From assembly GCA_038087875.1 (NCBI GenBank), contig JAXLNO010000385.1, forward strand, positions 1,054,001 through 1,118,000: a DNA stretch of 64,000 nucleotides. Direction: 5' to 3'. The stretch comes from Malacoraja senta. Taxonomy: Eukaryota. Below are positions 12,956 to 26,600 of the stretch, piece by piece (the first letter of the stretch is position 1; every line of letters starts with the position of its first letter). The translations under genes and the position numbers were made by a program. The notes under the pieces were generated by a model. It worked only from the letters and a program-made list of their open reading frames with translations, was not told the DNA's origin and did no database searches.

Positions 12956-13347
12956 TAGACTATATTGAATCTCTCTGAAATCGAATCGACTAGCGACATG
13001 CTTCAGCGCATTAACACGTGGTTCAACAGGCTCTCCTTGTTTTTGACACATTGAAAAAAATTATGGCGTTCCATGCTTAAATTAATTTGTAACTCACATA
13101 ATTGTCAGAATTTACGTAGGAGACATTCAGGATCACGGCGAGACTCCGCAGCAATTTGATCACCGTTGGCATCAACTCTAGCCAGTGCATGGTGAAATCT
13201 TCTGGCACGACCTGAGAGCAGAAGCCATTATCACAGTAGAAAAATAACAAACCAAGATACAAAAAAATAGAATCAATTGAGGAGTAAGTCCGTACACACT
13301 GACACCATGTCGATTGAAGTCCTTATAATAAGAGTAGCCTTACACCA
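12956..13347 (-). mobile_element. Gypsy B copy 1, 5' end (LTR remnant, PBS, gag N-terminus with internal deletion)
   Basis: Reverse complement of 23560-24100; PBS TGGTGTCAG at ~13299-13307. Confidence 0.85.
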
Positions 13348-13369
13348 AGATAAGGATTCTAAGGATAAG

Positions 13370-14720
<1,351 letters not shown>

Positions 14721-14907
14721 GACAGGAGCGTTTGTCGGTACTGGGCTTGTAACCACTGGAGTTTAGAAGAACGAGGGCGGACCTCAATGAAACGTTTCTC
14801 ATTTGGCCAGACATTTAGACATGTACATGGATAGGACATGTTTAAAGGTATATTTACATGTGCCCTCCCCTTATTCCCGCATTTACAGGTGCCCTCCCTT
14901 AAATCCA

Positions 14908-15010
14908 AGTGGGAGTTGCTGCCTGAAGGGCCAGAGACCCGAGTTCGATCCTGACCACGGGCGGGGTCTGTACAGAGTTTGCACTCTCTCCCCCGCGACC
15001 TGCCTCGGGC
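14908..15010 (+). mobile_element. tRNA-derived SINE head fragment (HE1/V-SINE-like)
   Basis: GAGTTGCTGCCT..CCAGAGACCCGAGTTCGATCCTGACC (B-box GTTCGATCC) followed by GTCTGTACAGAGTTTG..CTCCCCG. Confidence 0.7.
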
Positions 15011-15057
15011 CGGCACGATGCCTCCAACTCTCTCCCCCCTCATCTATCTCCCTATCC

Positions 15058-15325
15058 AGAGGATATAGATTCAAGGGGAAGGGGGAAATATTTAATAGGG
15101 ACCTGAGGGTTCCTACATTTCCACACAGAGGGTGGTGGGTTTGTATGGAACATCTGCCGGAAGATGTAGTTGAGGCAGGGATTATCACAACGTTTGGACA
15201 GGTACGGGGATAGGACAGGTTTGAGGGATTTGGGCCAAACGCGGGCAGGTGGAATTAGTGTAGATGGGGCATGTTGGTTCAGTTTGGGCAAGTTGACCGA
15301 AGGACCAGTTTCCATGTTGTGTTAC
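15058..15325 (+). mobile_element. CR1-clade LINE 3' fragment
   Basis: RGYRFKGKGE..FNRDLR..HRVV..LPEDVVEAG..RTGL..GPNAGRW C-terminal remnant plus 3' UTR. Confidence 0.8.
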
Positions 15326-15717
15326 AGCCCCACCCCTTCTCCCCCCCTCTCCGTCACTTTCTCGGTCTCCCCATCACTCTCCCCTCACATTCTTTCCCCT
15401 TCCCGTCTCTCCCTCCCTCTCGCCCTCTAACACTTTCTCTCTCCCTGTCTCTCCCTCCCTCCCCACTTTCTCTTTCCGCTCTCCCCATCTATCTATCTCC
15501 CTCCCCCGTTTCTCTCTCTGTTCCTCACCCCGTCGCCCTCTCCCCGCCTCTCTCTCCCCCGTCTCTCTCTACTTCCCCCTCACTCTCTCTCCCTCCGTCA
15601 CTCTCTCTCCCTCCGTCCCTCCCCGTCTCTCTCCCTCTGCCCCGAGGACCCTCCCCACAGTCGGTGACCCCCTCCTACATGCAGCCCCACCACTCATTTC
15701 CCACCCCCGTCACACAC

Positions 15718-15812
15718 CTTCTGCATGTTCATCATGTCGATGCCAAACTGAGAGAGGTGCTCGGCCATTCCGGGATCCAATACCATCTAGTCCTCTTCGT
15801 ACGTGTACACCT
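15718..15812 (-). pseudogene. USP5: USP5-like isolated exon with in-frame TAG
   Basis: EVYTYEED*MVLDPGMAEHLSQFGIDMMNMQK followed by GT donor. Confidence 0.8.
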
Positions 15813-16272
15813 CCAGGCGGGGGTGTCAGACACTCCCTCCCTCCAGTTGTGACCGAGACGGGGAGCGGGAGTGACGAGGAGAAGGAGGCGGAGGGGAGGG
15901 GAGGATGAGAAAGAGAGACGTAGGAGGGGAGACAGAGAGACAGGGAGGGGATGAGAGAGAGAGGCGGCAGAGAGAAAGAGAGAGGAGAGGGAGAGAGACG
16001 GGGCGGAGAGACTGGAGACGGGGAGACACGTGGAGGGAGAGAGAGATGGTGAGGGAGGGATAGAGAGACATGGGGAGGGGGGAGAGAGAAAGTAAGAGAG
16101 TGACGGGGAGGTGAGGGAGAGTGAGTCGGGGAGGGAGAGAGATAGAGACGGGTAGGGAAGGAGAAAGAGACGGGTTGAGAAGGGAGAGAGAGGAACGAGG
16201 TCAATGAAACAACGTTTAAAAGTCATTTGGCCAGATACATTTGGCCGGACATTTTGACAGGTACAAAGTGAC

Positions 16273-16330
16273 AGGTGCTCGGCCAGTCCGGGATCCAATA
16301 CCATCTCGTCCTCTTCGTACGTGTACACCT
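16273..16330 (-). pseudogene. USP5: USP5-like exon, 5' half only
   Basis: EVYTYEEDEMVLDPGLAEHL preceded by a C-rich tract, truncated into a CR1 scrap. Confidence 0.75.
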
Positions 16331-16916
16331 CCAGAAGGGGGGGGGGGGTGGGGGTGAGACGAGGGAGGATGGAGAAGAGAGAGAGACGTAGAAGGGTGAG
16401 AGAGAGAGAGAGGGAGGGGATGAGAGAGAGAGGCGGCAGAGAAAGAGAGAGGAGAGGGAGAGAGACGGGGAGGAGAGAGAGGAGACGGGAGAGACACGTG
16501 GAGGGAGAAGAGATGGTGAGGGAGGGATAGAGAGACATGGGGAGGGGGAGAGAGAGAAAGTAAGAGAGTGACGGGGAGGTGAGGGAGAGACGGGGATGGA
16601 GGGAGAGTGAGTCGGGAAGGGAGAGAGATAGAGACGGGTAGGGAAGGAGAAAGAGACGGGTAGAGAAGGTAGAAGGAGTTCAATGAAACAACGTTAAAAG
16701 TCATTTGGCCAGATACATTTGGTCATACATTTTGACAGGTACATGGATAGGACAGGTTTAAAGGTATAATTACAGGTGCCCTCCCCTAATTCTCTCATTT
16801 ACAGGTGCCCTCCGTTAAATCCATGTGGTAGTTGCGGCCTCTCAGCGCCAGATACCCGATGGGGAGAGGATGGGGAGAGATGTGGTAAAGAAGGGAGAGA
16901 GAGAGAGAGAGGTAGG

Positions 16917-17099
<183 letters not shown>

Positions 17100-17116
17100 G
17101 GAGAGAGGTGGGCTGA

Positions 17117-17207
17117 CGTCTGAAGAGGGGTCTCGACCTGAAACGTCCATTTTCTCTCCAGAGGTGCTGCCTGTCCCGTTGAGTTGTTCCATCATTTTGT
17201 TTATCTA
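17117..17207 (+). mobile_element. Penelope-like element terminal fragment with minimal hammerhead-like core
   Basis: CTGAAGA-GGGGTCTCGACCT-GAAACGTC..CCAGAGGTGCTGCCTGTCCCGTTGAGTT..CATTTTGT. Confidence 0.65.
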
Positions 17208-17457
17208 TGTTAAGCCAAGTTTTGGCGTGGCCAGGTTAAGACATTTTTGCTCATCATATGATGAGCGTTTGTCGGCACTGGGCCCTGTACCCACTGGAGT
17301 TTAGAAAAAGGAGAGACATCAAAGAAAAGTTTGTCATTTGGCCCGATACATTTGCCAGACATTTAGCCAGGTACACGGGATAGGATATGTTTAAAGGTAT
17401 ATTTACAGGTGCCCTCCCCTTATTCCCTCATTTACAGGGTGCCCTCCCTTAAATCCA

Positions 17458-17870
17458 AGTGGTAAATTTGCTGCCTCACAGCGCCGGAGACTCGAGTTCG
17501 ATCCTGACCACGGGCGGGGTCTGTACAGAGTTTGTACTTTCTCCCCGCGACCTGCCTCGGGCCGGCACGGTGCCTCCAACTCTCACATCACCCCGCACCT
17601 CTCTCTCCCTATCCAGAGGATATAGGTTTAAGGGGAAGGGTAAAGATTTAATAGGAACCTGAGGGTTCCTACGTTTCCACACAAAGGGTGGTGGGGTTGT
17701 ATGGATCAGCTGCCGGAAGATGTAGTTGAGGCAATGATTTCACAACGTCTGGACAGGTACAGGGATGGGACAGGTACCAGGGATGGGACAGGTTTAGAGG
17801 GATAAGGCCAAACGCGGGCAGGTGGAATAAGTGTAGATGTTGGTCAGTCTGGGCGTCCATGTTGTGTTAG
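17458..17870 (+). mobile_element. SINE head fragment (17458-17560) + CR1 3' fragment (17615-17870)
   Basis: Same order and sequence as 14908-15325. Confidence 0.75.
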
Positions 17871-18275
17871 ATCTACACCCCTCTCCCCTTCATCCGTCAC
17901 CCTTTCGACCTCCCCATCACTCTCCCCTCGCCCTCTTCCCCCTCCCCGGTCCTCCCTCCCTCTCCCCGTCTCTCTCTCTCTCTCCCTCTACCCGTCTCTC
18001 CCCAGTCACGCCCTCCCCCTCCCCTTCTCTCTCGCTCTCCCCATCCGTCTCTCTGTCTCTTTCTCCCTCTTCCAGACTCTCTCTCTCCGTCTCTCTACTC
18101 CCCCATCTCTCTCTTCTCTCCTTCCATCCCTCGGATCCATCTCTCTTCGTCTCTCCTTCCATCTCTCTCCATCTCACCATCTCTCTCCCTCTCCCCGGAG
18201 ACTCTCCCCACAGTCGGTGACCCCTCCCACATGTAGCCCCACCACTCATTCCCCACCCCCATCACACACACACAC

Positions 18276-18324
18276 CTTCTGCATGTTCATCATGTCGATG
18301 GCAAAGAGAGAGGTGCTCAGGCAG

Positions 18325-18325
<1 letters not shown>
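18276..18325 (-). pseudogene. USP5: USP5-like exon, 3' half only, degenerate
   Basis: ..EHLS..IDMMNMQK followed by GTGTGT donor; 5' half replaced by (TC)n. Confidence 0.7.
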
Positions 18326-18416
<91 letters not shown>

Positions 18417-18526
18417 AGGGAGAAGAGAGAGGTGGGCAGAGGAGAGAGAGAGAGAGAGAGGGAGAGAGGCGGCGAGGGGAGGGAGAGAGGGAGACGGGAA
18501 GGCAGAGAGAGAGAAACGGAGAGAGA

Positions 18527-18806
18527 CATAATAGACAATAGACAAAAGGCGCAGGAGTAGGCCATTTGCCCTTCGAGCCAGCACCGCCATTCAAGGTGAT
18601 CATGGCTGATCATCCCCAATCAGTACCTCGTTCCCGCCTTCTCCCCATATCCCTGACCGCTATTTTAAGCCAAATCTAGCTCTCTCATGAAAGCATCCAG
18701 AGAATCTGCCTCCACCGCCCTCTGAGGCAGAGAATTACACCACTCACCACTCTCTGTGAGAAAAAGTGTTTCATCGTTTCTGTTCTAAATGGCTTACTCG
18801 TTATTT
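18527..18806 (-). mobile_element. CR1-clade LINE 3' end, second subfamily
   Basis: (ACAATAG)n tail, GGAGTAGGCCATT..CCCTTCGAG stem and TCACCACTCTCTGTGAGAAAAA (FFSQRVV on minus strand). Confidence 0.75.
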
Positions 18807-19267
18807 TACGTGGAGGGAGAGAGACAGATAGAGGGAGAGATAGATATAGAGGGTGAGGGGGATAGAGATCGACGGGGAGGGGGAGAGGGAGAGAGAAATT
18901 AAGAGTGACGGGGTGGCGAGGGAGAGAGAGGGGAGGGAGGGAGAGAGAGAGTCGGGGAGGGGAGGATTAGAGACGGGTAGGGGAATGCAAAAGTGACGAA
19001 TGGGTCGGAGAGAGCTGGAGATGGAGGAAGAGATAACAGGGACGGACATCAATGAAACAACGTTTAAGTATCATTTGGCCAGATACACCTAGCCAGAGAT
19101 TTAGGTACATGGATAGGACAGGTTTAAAGGTATAATTACAGGTGCCCTCCCCTAATTCCATCATTTACAGGTGCACTCCCTTAAATCCGTGGCAGATTTG
19201 CCAGACCCGATGGGAGAGAGATGGGGAGAGAGATGGGGAGAGAGGGGGTAGAGTGGGGAAGATAGTG

Positions 19268-19366
<99 letters not shown>

Positions 19367-19372
19367 AAGAGG

Positions 19373-19467
<95 letters not shown>

Positions 19468-19490
19468 GGGGAGGAGAACGAGTTCGAGAT

Positions 19491-21032
19491 TGTTAATATG
19501 TAGTCCTTATAATAACAATGGCCTTACACCATGTCAGGTTCTATAGAGTTTATTGGTTACAAGCACTACAACTTCTCACTTAGGAGTTCAATTTAAGACT
19601 AACGGAATGCAGCAGACCGCGACGCTAACAAGCTAGTGGGCGTAACTACAAATGCAAGACATAGCATGAGCCACGAATCTACATCCCGCTCTTAAAGAAT
19701 CAATAACGATATATATCCATAACTAAGCAAAGCAAATATCACAACCGATGACAGACGGGTGGAAAGTGAAACATAGTCCGGATACATCACAACCGGCCTG
19801 CAAACACGACCGGGACGTCTACGATAGAGGCAATCTCCATCTTTTTCTCTGGGGAAAGAGCAGGCGATGTCACCGCCGTGGGGGAGTGGACAAACGTCCC
19901 TGGAGTCGAAGCAGGAGAATGTGGCGCAAGGCGAAGATGGAACAGACAGAGGAACTGTCGCAGGCATGGATTGTTGTGCTGGCAAGAGCATGCGGGGGTC
20001 ACTAGATGCAGATTGAAATGAACTTGTACGATCCGGATAATAAGAAGGAGGATTGACTCGTTCACAGGCAGAAGATGTTGCGTCAGTAGGTGCCGCCATC
20101 GGCTCTAACAATGTACCAGCGTGGCTCCGAATCGGGACCAGACACCACCCCAATACGATCATGGCCTTTGTCAGTCTGTAAGAGGACCACCTGTCCTTTG
20201 GTCAATGGTGGCAGTGGCTTACTCGTCTTGTCGAACCATATCTTTGAACATCACGCATTTGTTGCAATCTGGATTGAACCTCCTTTGGCGGAAACACATG
20301 TGGGGTTAATGTTTACTCCGCTACGGGCAGCGTGGAGGAGGAGATAGAAGAGGGGAGAGAGAGGAGGAGAGAGAAGGGAGAAAGAGAAAGGGAGAGAGAG
20401 AGAAGACAGAGAGGGAAGAGGGGAGAGAGAAGGGGGAGACGGGAGCGTGGGGGTTCATTTTCGCACACAAGCCATAGGTGACTGGGCAATCTGAACCCAA
20501 GCACCAAGTTGAAAGCGGCCGAATGTGTGCATTCCTCGGAACAGCCGCCATTCTCCCACGGCCATCCTCCGTGGGCTGCGGGGTCGGGTGGAGCGGAGGT
20601 TTGGGACAATGTTCATGCCAACACAGTGATGTGATAGACGCGGGGGTCTGGACAAATCGCTGACGTCCGTTATTGGACTTTTCTGTTGAGCGGCAGTCGG
20701 TCCTTAGGTTTGTTGGCGACGCCGCCTTTCGGGAAGGTGGCGTTTTGACAGAACGTCCATTCGGTAAGTTTGCTTTACGGCGTCGCAGCTTTTCGGTTCG
20801 TTGGCTTTTTAGGTGTCCCGCCCTTTGGGTTAGTTTGCACTTAGGCATCCCGTCCTTTCGGTTAGTAGGCGTTTCGTCTTCGGACTCTTTCGGTTTATTG
20901 GCGTTTCGGCCTCGTTTCCATTAGGTTCTTTGGCTTCGACTTCTTTGCTTCGGCTTCTTGTCTGTCGGCGCCACGTCTGGGTATCATCCGGCCAGCCGTG
21001 CTTAATGACAGAAGTTAGCGACCGTAAGGGCC
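19491..21032 (-). mobile_element. Gypsy B copy 2 (3' LTR 19491-19683, PPT, integrase C-terminus), cut by gap
   Basis: 193-bp LTR TGTAG...AACA on minus strand with PPT; colinear with 26320-27770. Confidence 0.9.
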
Positions 21033-21232
21033 NNNNNNNNNNNNNNNNNNNNNNNNNNNNNNNNNNNNNNNNNNNNNNNNNNNNNNNNNNNNNNNNNNNN
21101 NNNNNNNNNNNNNNNNNNNNNNNNNNNNNNNNNNNNNNNNNNNNNNNNNNNNNNNNNNNNNNNNNNNNNNNNNNNNNNNNNNNNNNNNNNNNNNNNNNNN
21201 NNNNNNNNNNNNNNNNNNNNNNNNNNNNNNNN
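21033..21232. other. Assembly gap (200 N)
   Basis: Run of exactly 200 N. Confidence 1.
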
Positions 21233-21725
21233 TCCATGTACCTGTCAAAATGTCTGGCCAAATGTATCTGGCCAAATGACAACGTTGTTTCATTGACCTC
21301 CTCGTTCTTCTACCTTCTCTACCCGTCTCTTTCTCCTTCCCTACCCGTCTCTATCTCTCTCCCTCCCCGACTCACTCTCCCTCCCATCCCCGTCTCTCCC
21401 TCACCTCCCCGTCACTCTCTTACTTTCACTCCCTCCCCCTCCCCATGTCTCTCTATCCCTCCCTCACCATCTCTCGCTCCCTCCACGTGTCTCTCACCGT
21501 CTCCTCTCTCTCCGCCCCGTCTCTCCCTCCTCTCCTCTCTCATTCTCTGCCGCCTCTCTCTCTCATCCCCTCCCTGTCTCTCTCTCTCCCCTCTACGTCT
21601 CTCGCTTTCTCATCCTCCACTCGCCTCCGCTCCTTCTCCTCGTCACCCGCTCCCCGTCTCGGCCACAACTGGAGGGAGGGAGTGTCTGACACCCCCGTCT
21701 CACCCCCCCCCCCCCCCCCGTCTGG

Positions 21726-21820
21726 AGGTGTACACGTACGAAGAGGACGAGATGGTATTGGATCCCGGACTGGCCGAGCACCTCTCTCAGTTTGGCATCG
21801 ACATGATGAACATGCAGAAG
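21726..21820 (+). pseudogene. USP5: USP5-like isolated exon (end of ZnF-UBP region), open frame
   Basis: EVYTYEEDEMVLDPGLAEHLSQFGIDMMNMQK resembles vertebrate USP5 DVYSYDEDDMVLDPSLAEHLSHFGIDMLKMQK (recalled from memory); C-tract upstream and AAG|GTGTGT donor; no other USP5 exon recognised in the window. Confidence 0.85.
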
Positions 21821-22210
21821 GTGTGTGATGGGGTGGGAAATGAGTGGTGGGGCTGCATGTAGGAGGGGTCACCGACTGTGGGGAGGGGCTCGGGGGCAGA
21901 GAGAGAGAGACGGGGAGGGACGGAGGGAGAGAGAGTGACGGAGGGAGAGAGAGTGAGGGGGAAGTAGAGAGAGACGGGGAGAGAGAGGAGGAGAGAGGGC
22001 GACAGGGTGAGGAACAGAGAGAGAAACGGGGAGGGAGAGAGATAGATGGGAGAGAGGAGAGAGAAAGAAGGGGGGAGGGAGGGAGAGACAGGGAGAGAGA
22101 AAGAGTGAGAGGGCGAGAGGGAGGGAGAGACTGGAAGGGGGGGAGAGTGTGAGGGGAGAGTGATGGGGAGTCCGAGAAAGTGACGGAGAGGGGGGGAGAG
22201 GGTGGGGATG

Positions 22211-22605
22211 TAACACAACATGGAAACTGGTCCTGCGGTCAACTTGCCCAGACTGACCAACATGCCCCATCTACACTTATTCCACCTGCCTGCGTTTGGC
22301 CCATATCCCTCCAAACCTGTCCTATCCGTGTACCTGTCCAAACGTTGTGATAATCCCTGCCTCAACTACATCTTCCGTTAGCCGATCCATACAATCCACC
22401 ACCCTCTGTGTGAAAACGTTACCCCCTCAGGTGCCTATTAAATATTTCCTCCTTCCCCTTGAATCTATATGGCCTGGATAGGGAGAGAGAGGGAAGGGGG
22501 GAGAGTTGGAGGCACCGTGCCGGCCCGAGGCAGGTCGCGGGGAGAAAGTGCAAACTCTGTACAGATCCCGCCCGTGGTCTGTATCCGGCGCTGTGAGGCT
22601 GCAAA
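22211..22605 (-). mobile_element. CR1 3' fragment (22211-22480) + SINE head fragment (22524-22605)
   Basis: Reverse complement of 14910-15325. Confidence 0.75.
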
Positions 22606-23599
22606 TCTACCAAATATACCTTTAAACATGTCCTATCCATGTACCTGTCTAAATGTCTGGCCAAATGACAAACGTTTCATTGAGGTCCGCCCTCGTTCTT
22701 CTAAACTCCAGTGAGTACAAGCCCAGTACCGACAAACGCTCATCTCTCTCTCTCTCTCTCCCTCTCTCTCTCTCTCTCTCCTTCCTCTCTCTCTCTCACC
22801 ATCCCTCTCTCTCTCACCCTCTCTTTCTCCCCATCTCGCTCTCCATCACCCTCACCGTCGCTCTCCCTCCACATCTTTCTCCCTTCCTCCCTGTCTATCT
22901 CTCTCTCTCTCTCCCTCTCTCTCCCGCTCTCTCTCTCTCTCCGTCTATCGCTGTCAATCCCGCTCTCTCTCACCCTCTCGCTCTCTCCCCCTCCCCTCCC
23001 CATCTCTCTCTCCCTACCCGTCTCCCTCTCCCCGCCTAACTCTCCCTCCCCTCCCCGTCTCTCTGTCTTCCTCTCCTGCCCGTTTCTCTCTCTCTCTCTA
23101 CCCCCCACTCTTCTCCCTCGCTTTCCCGTCTCTCTCACTCTCCCTTCCCTCCCTGTCTATTTCTCTCCTCCACTCCCATCTTTCTCTCCCTCCACGTCTC
23201 TCTCCCTCCTCTCTCCGCATCACTCTCTCTCACTCATTCTCTCTCCCTCCCCGTCTATCTCTCTCCCTCCCCGCCTATCTCTCTCCCTCCCCTCCCAGTC
23301 TCTCTCTCCCCCCATCCCCGTCCCTCTCGCTAGCTCACTCTCACTGTATCTCTCCCTCTCTCTCCATCTCTCTCTCTGTTCCAGTCCCTCTCTCCCCCCC
23401 CTCCCTCCCCATCTTTCTCTTACCCTACCCGTCGCTCTCTCCTGTCCCTTCCCTGCCCCTCTCTCTCCCACACCTCTTCCTCCCTCACCTCCACATCGCT
23501 CTCTCTCGCTCCCCGTCTCCCTCTCGCCCTCCATGCACTTATCCTCAGAATCATTATCGTGATGTAAGGCTACTCTTATTATAAGGACATCAATCGACA

Positions 23600-23612
23600 T
23601 GGTGTCAGAGTG
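23600..23612 (+). promoter_or_regulatory. Primer-binding site, tRNA-Leu-like
   Basis: ..CA|TGGTGTCAGAGTG directly after the LTR remnant; resembles the complement of the tRNA-Leu 3' end (TGGTGTCAGAAGTG) with one base missing. Confidence 0.7.
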
Positions 23613-26600
23613 TATGGACTTACTCCTCATTTGATTCTATTTTTTTTTCTTGGTTTGTTATTTTTCTACTGTGGATAATGGCTTCTCAGGAAGCCAGGGA
23701 TCTTGGTGTTCGATGCAGATCTTGCAGAGCGATGGCGTGTGTTTGAAGAGGATTTTTCAATCTACGTTGAGGCTGCATTTCCTGCTGCTGATCCTGCTCT
23801 TCGTGCATTAATTCTTCTCCATTTGGCAGGCACTGAGGCTGCTCGTCGTGCCAGAAGATTTCACCATGCACCGGCTAGAGTTGATGCTAACGGTGATCAA
23901 ATTGCTGTGGAGTCTCGCCGTGATCCTGAATGTCTCCTTCGTAAATTCTGACAATTATGTGAGTTACAAATGAATGTAAGCATGGAACGCCATAATATTT
24001 TTCAATGTGTCAAAAACAAGGAGAACCTGTTGAACGACATGTTAATGCGCTGAAGCATGTCGCTAGTCGGTGCGATTTCAGAGAGATTCAATGTAATCTT
24101 GTATGGGACCGCTTAATCCATGGCATATTGAATGATGAATTACGCGATGAATTACTGCAGGAAGTTGACCTGACTTTAGCGGCTGTTGAAAACCGCTGTC
24201 GCATAGCTGAACTGACTGATGCTCACATTCAATCTCTTGGACACTCTGCTGCTCGTGAAGGTAATGCCGCCAGCTTGTCTTATCAAACTCCTGCTCGCTC
24301 GTCACAGGGGCCAGCTAATAACCTAAGATTGATCGCTAATTGTTTTAACTGTGGGGGTTCACATATTGCAGTTCGGGACCGGTGCCCTGCCTATAGAAAA
24401 CTGTCGATTCTGCAATAAAAGAAACAATTTCGTCAAATGCTGTCGTTCTCGCAGTGACAGATTTCAAATGAGACAGTCTGTCAACTCGCCAAACCATAAT
24501 GAATATTCAAGCTCCCAGTTCGCACACCTAGTTCCCATGGATGTACAAACAGATGGCTATAGTGCAGAGATTGATGTAAATGCTTTGTCTAATTCATTGC
24601 ACAACCGGCTAGATCCCAAGGTTGCATTGCTTATTAATGGCAGAACCCTTTATCTCAAGGTCGACGGGGACGCTCTGCAATGTAATCTCTTTGGCTGTCT
24701 TCCAGATGCTGAAAAACACAGAAACTTCAACTCATACAACTGCATCACTTGTCTCATTTGATGGTTCTCGACTACACCCTATCGGCCAAGTAGAGTTACG
24801 TTGCTGTCTCAACTCACGTGATCACATCCTGGATTTCTACATGGTACGCGAGAAGGTACCATCCATACTGGGTGCCAATGTATGCCTAGACATGGGTTTG
24901 GTTTCTTTCGGCCCTTCTGTCTGTCCACTGCCTACAGACTATGATTTTACACATCAAATTCTAACACAATACAAGGATTTGTTTAATGGTAAGCTGGGCA
25001 AATTGCCTGTTAGATCCACGATTACTATTGACCCTGAGGCAATCCCAGTTGTTCTTCCGGCTCACAAGATTCCCCACGCTATGCGGGATCGCGTTCAAAG
25101 TGAACTTAATAGAATGGTGACTCTGGGTGTGATTAGTCCCATAAGTGACCCCTCGGACTGGGTCTCCACAATGGTTCTCGCTTCTAAGAACAACAGAGAT
25201 GAGATACGGATCTGTATCAACCCCAAGGACCTAAATACAGTAATTAAACGGCGCGTTATCCTATGTGCTCTGTGGACGAGATTGCGGCGCAGATGGCTGA
25301 AGCAACTGTATTCACAGTGCAAGATGCCAAGAGCTCATTCTGGCAGATTCCACTGGAACATAACTCCTCCAAGTTGACAACTTTCAGTACTCCGTTCGTA
25401 CGTCATAAATTTCTGAGGATGCCTTTTGGTATAAGTTCTGCCAGTGAAGTATTTCAACAATCCATGGAACAATTGTTTGTAGGATACCCATGCTCCATCG
25501 TAATGGACGATATCCTCATTGCTGGGAAAACGGCCAATACTTAGGCCATATATTTACCAAAGACGGCCTAAGAACGGATCCAGCGAAAACCAGTGCAATT
25601 AATGAGCTTCCAGCACCCACAGATGTGCTCAGTTTACAGAGGTCCCTTGGCATGGCTAACTATTTGAGCAAATTCATTCCAGATTTCAGCGAAATATCAG
25701 CCCCATTGCGCCATCTCACACACAACGAATCTGCTTAGACCTGGCAAGAGCAACAACAGACAGCATTTGACATTCTTAAACGGCAGATGTCGGCCACCCC
25801 TACTCTAGCGTACTTTGATCCTAGACTGCCTATTACTGCCTTGTGCCATGTGCCGCCTCACAACATGGGCTACGCGCTGCATACCTTCAGAATGATGGCC
25901 ATGGCAATAAACCTGTCGCCTAGGCCTCGCGAACCATGTCTGACACACTACAACGATTCACCCAAATCGAAAAAGAGCTGTTTGCGGTTGTGTTCGCCTG
26001 CAAAATGTACAACGATTTCATCGTTGGTCGCACTATTACAATTAAAACCGACCACCGACCGCTTATCAGCATTTTCAATAAACCTATTCATAACTCTCCT
26101 GCGCGCCCACAACGGATGTTACTACAGCTTCAAATATATTACATCGTCCTGACCTACAAACGTGGAATGGATATGCACCTGGCGGACACTCTTTCACATG
26201 CATCTCGGATGACCCGCGAGGATCTGCCCTCACAGGATGATGACTTTATCGTGATGACTGTATCCTTCATCCCTTCATCTTGGATGGAGGACCTGGTTGC
26301 CCAGACTGCCAGCGACAAGACCCTTACGGTCGCTAACTTCTGTCATTAAGCACGGCTGGCCGGATGATACCCAGACGTGGCGCCGACAGAGAAGAAGCCG
26401 AAGCAAAGAAGTCGAAGCCAAAGAACCGAATGGAAACGAGGCCGAAACGCCAATAAACCGAAAGAGTCCGAAGACGAAACGCCGACTAACCGAAAGGACG
26501 GGATGCCTAAGTGCAAACTAACCCAAAGGGCGGGACACCTAAAAGCCAACGAACCGAAAAGCTGCGACGCCGTAAAGCAAACTTACCGAATGGACGTTCT

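Noticed and set aside
14850..14906. Doubled TTACAGGTGCCCTCCC motif (also ~16770, 17400, 19135, 58050) as Tc1-like termini
   Set aside because: Copies are direct and ~27 bp apart with no inverted partner or transposase; best explained as a small tandem duplication carried by the duplicon
14908..14960. Possible tRNA gene
   Set aside because: Only a degenerate SINE head; no complete cloverleaf or acceptor stem, and no T-run terminator
20930..21862. 310-aa ORF ending in a USP5-like peptide as a fusion gene
   Set aside because: It spans the N gap and low-complexity sequence; only the 95-nt exon has real homology
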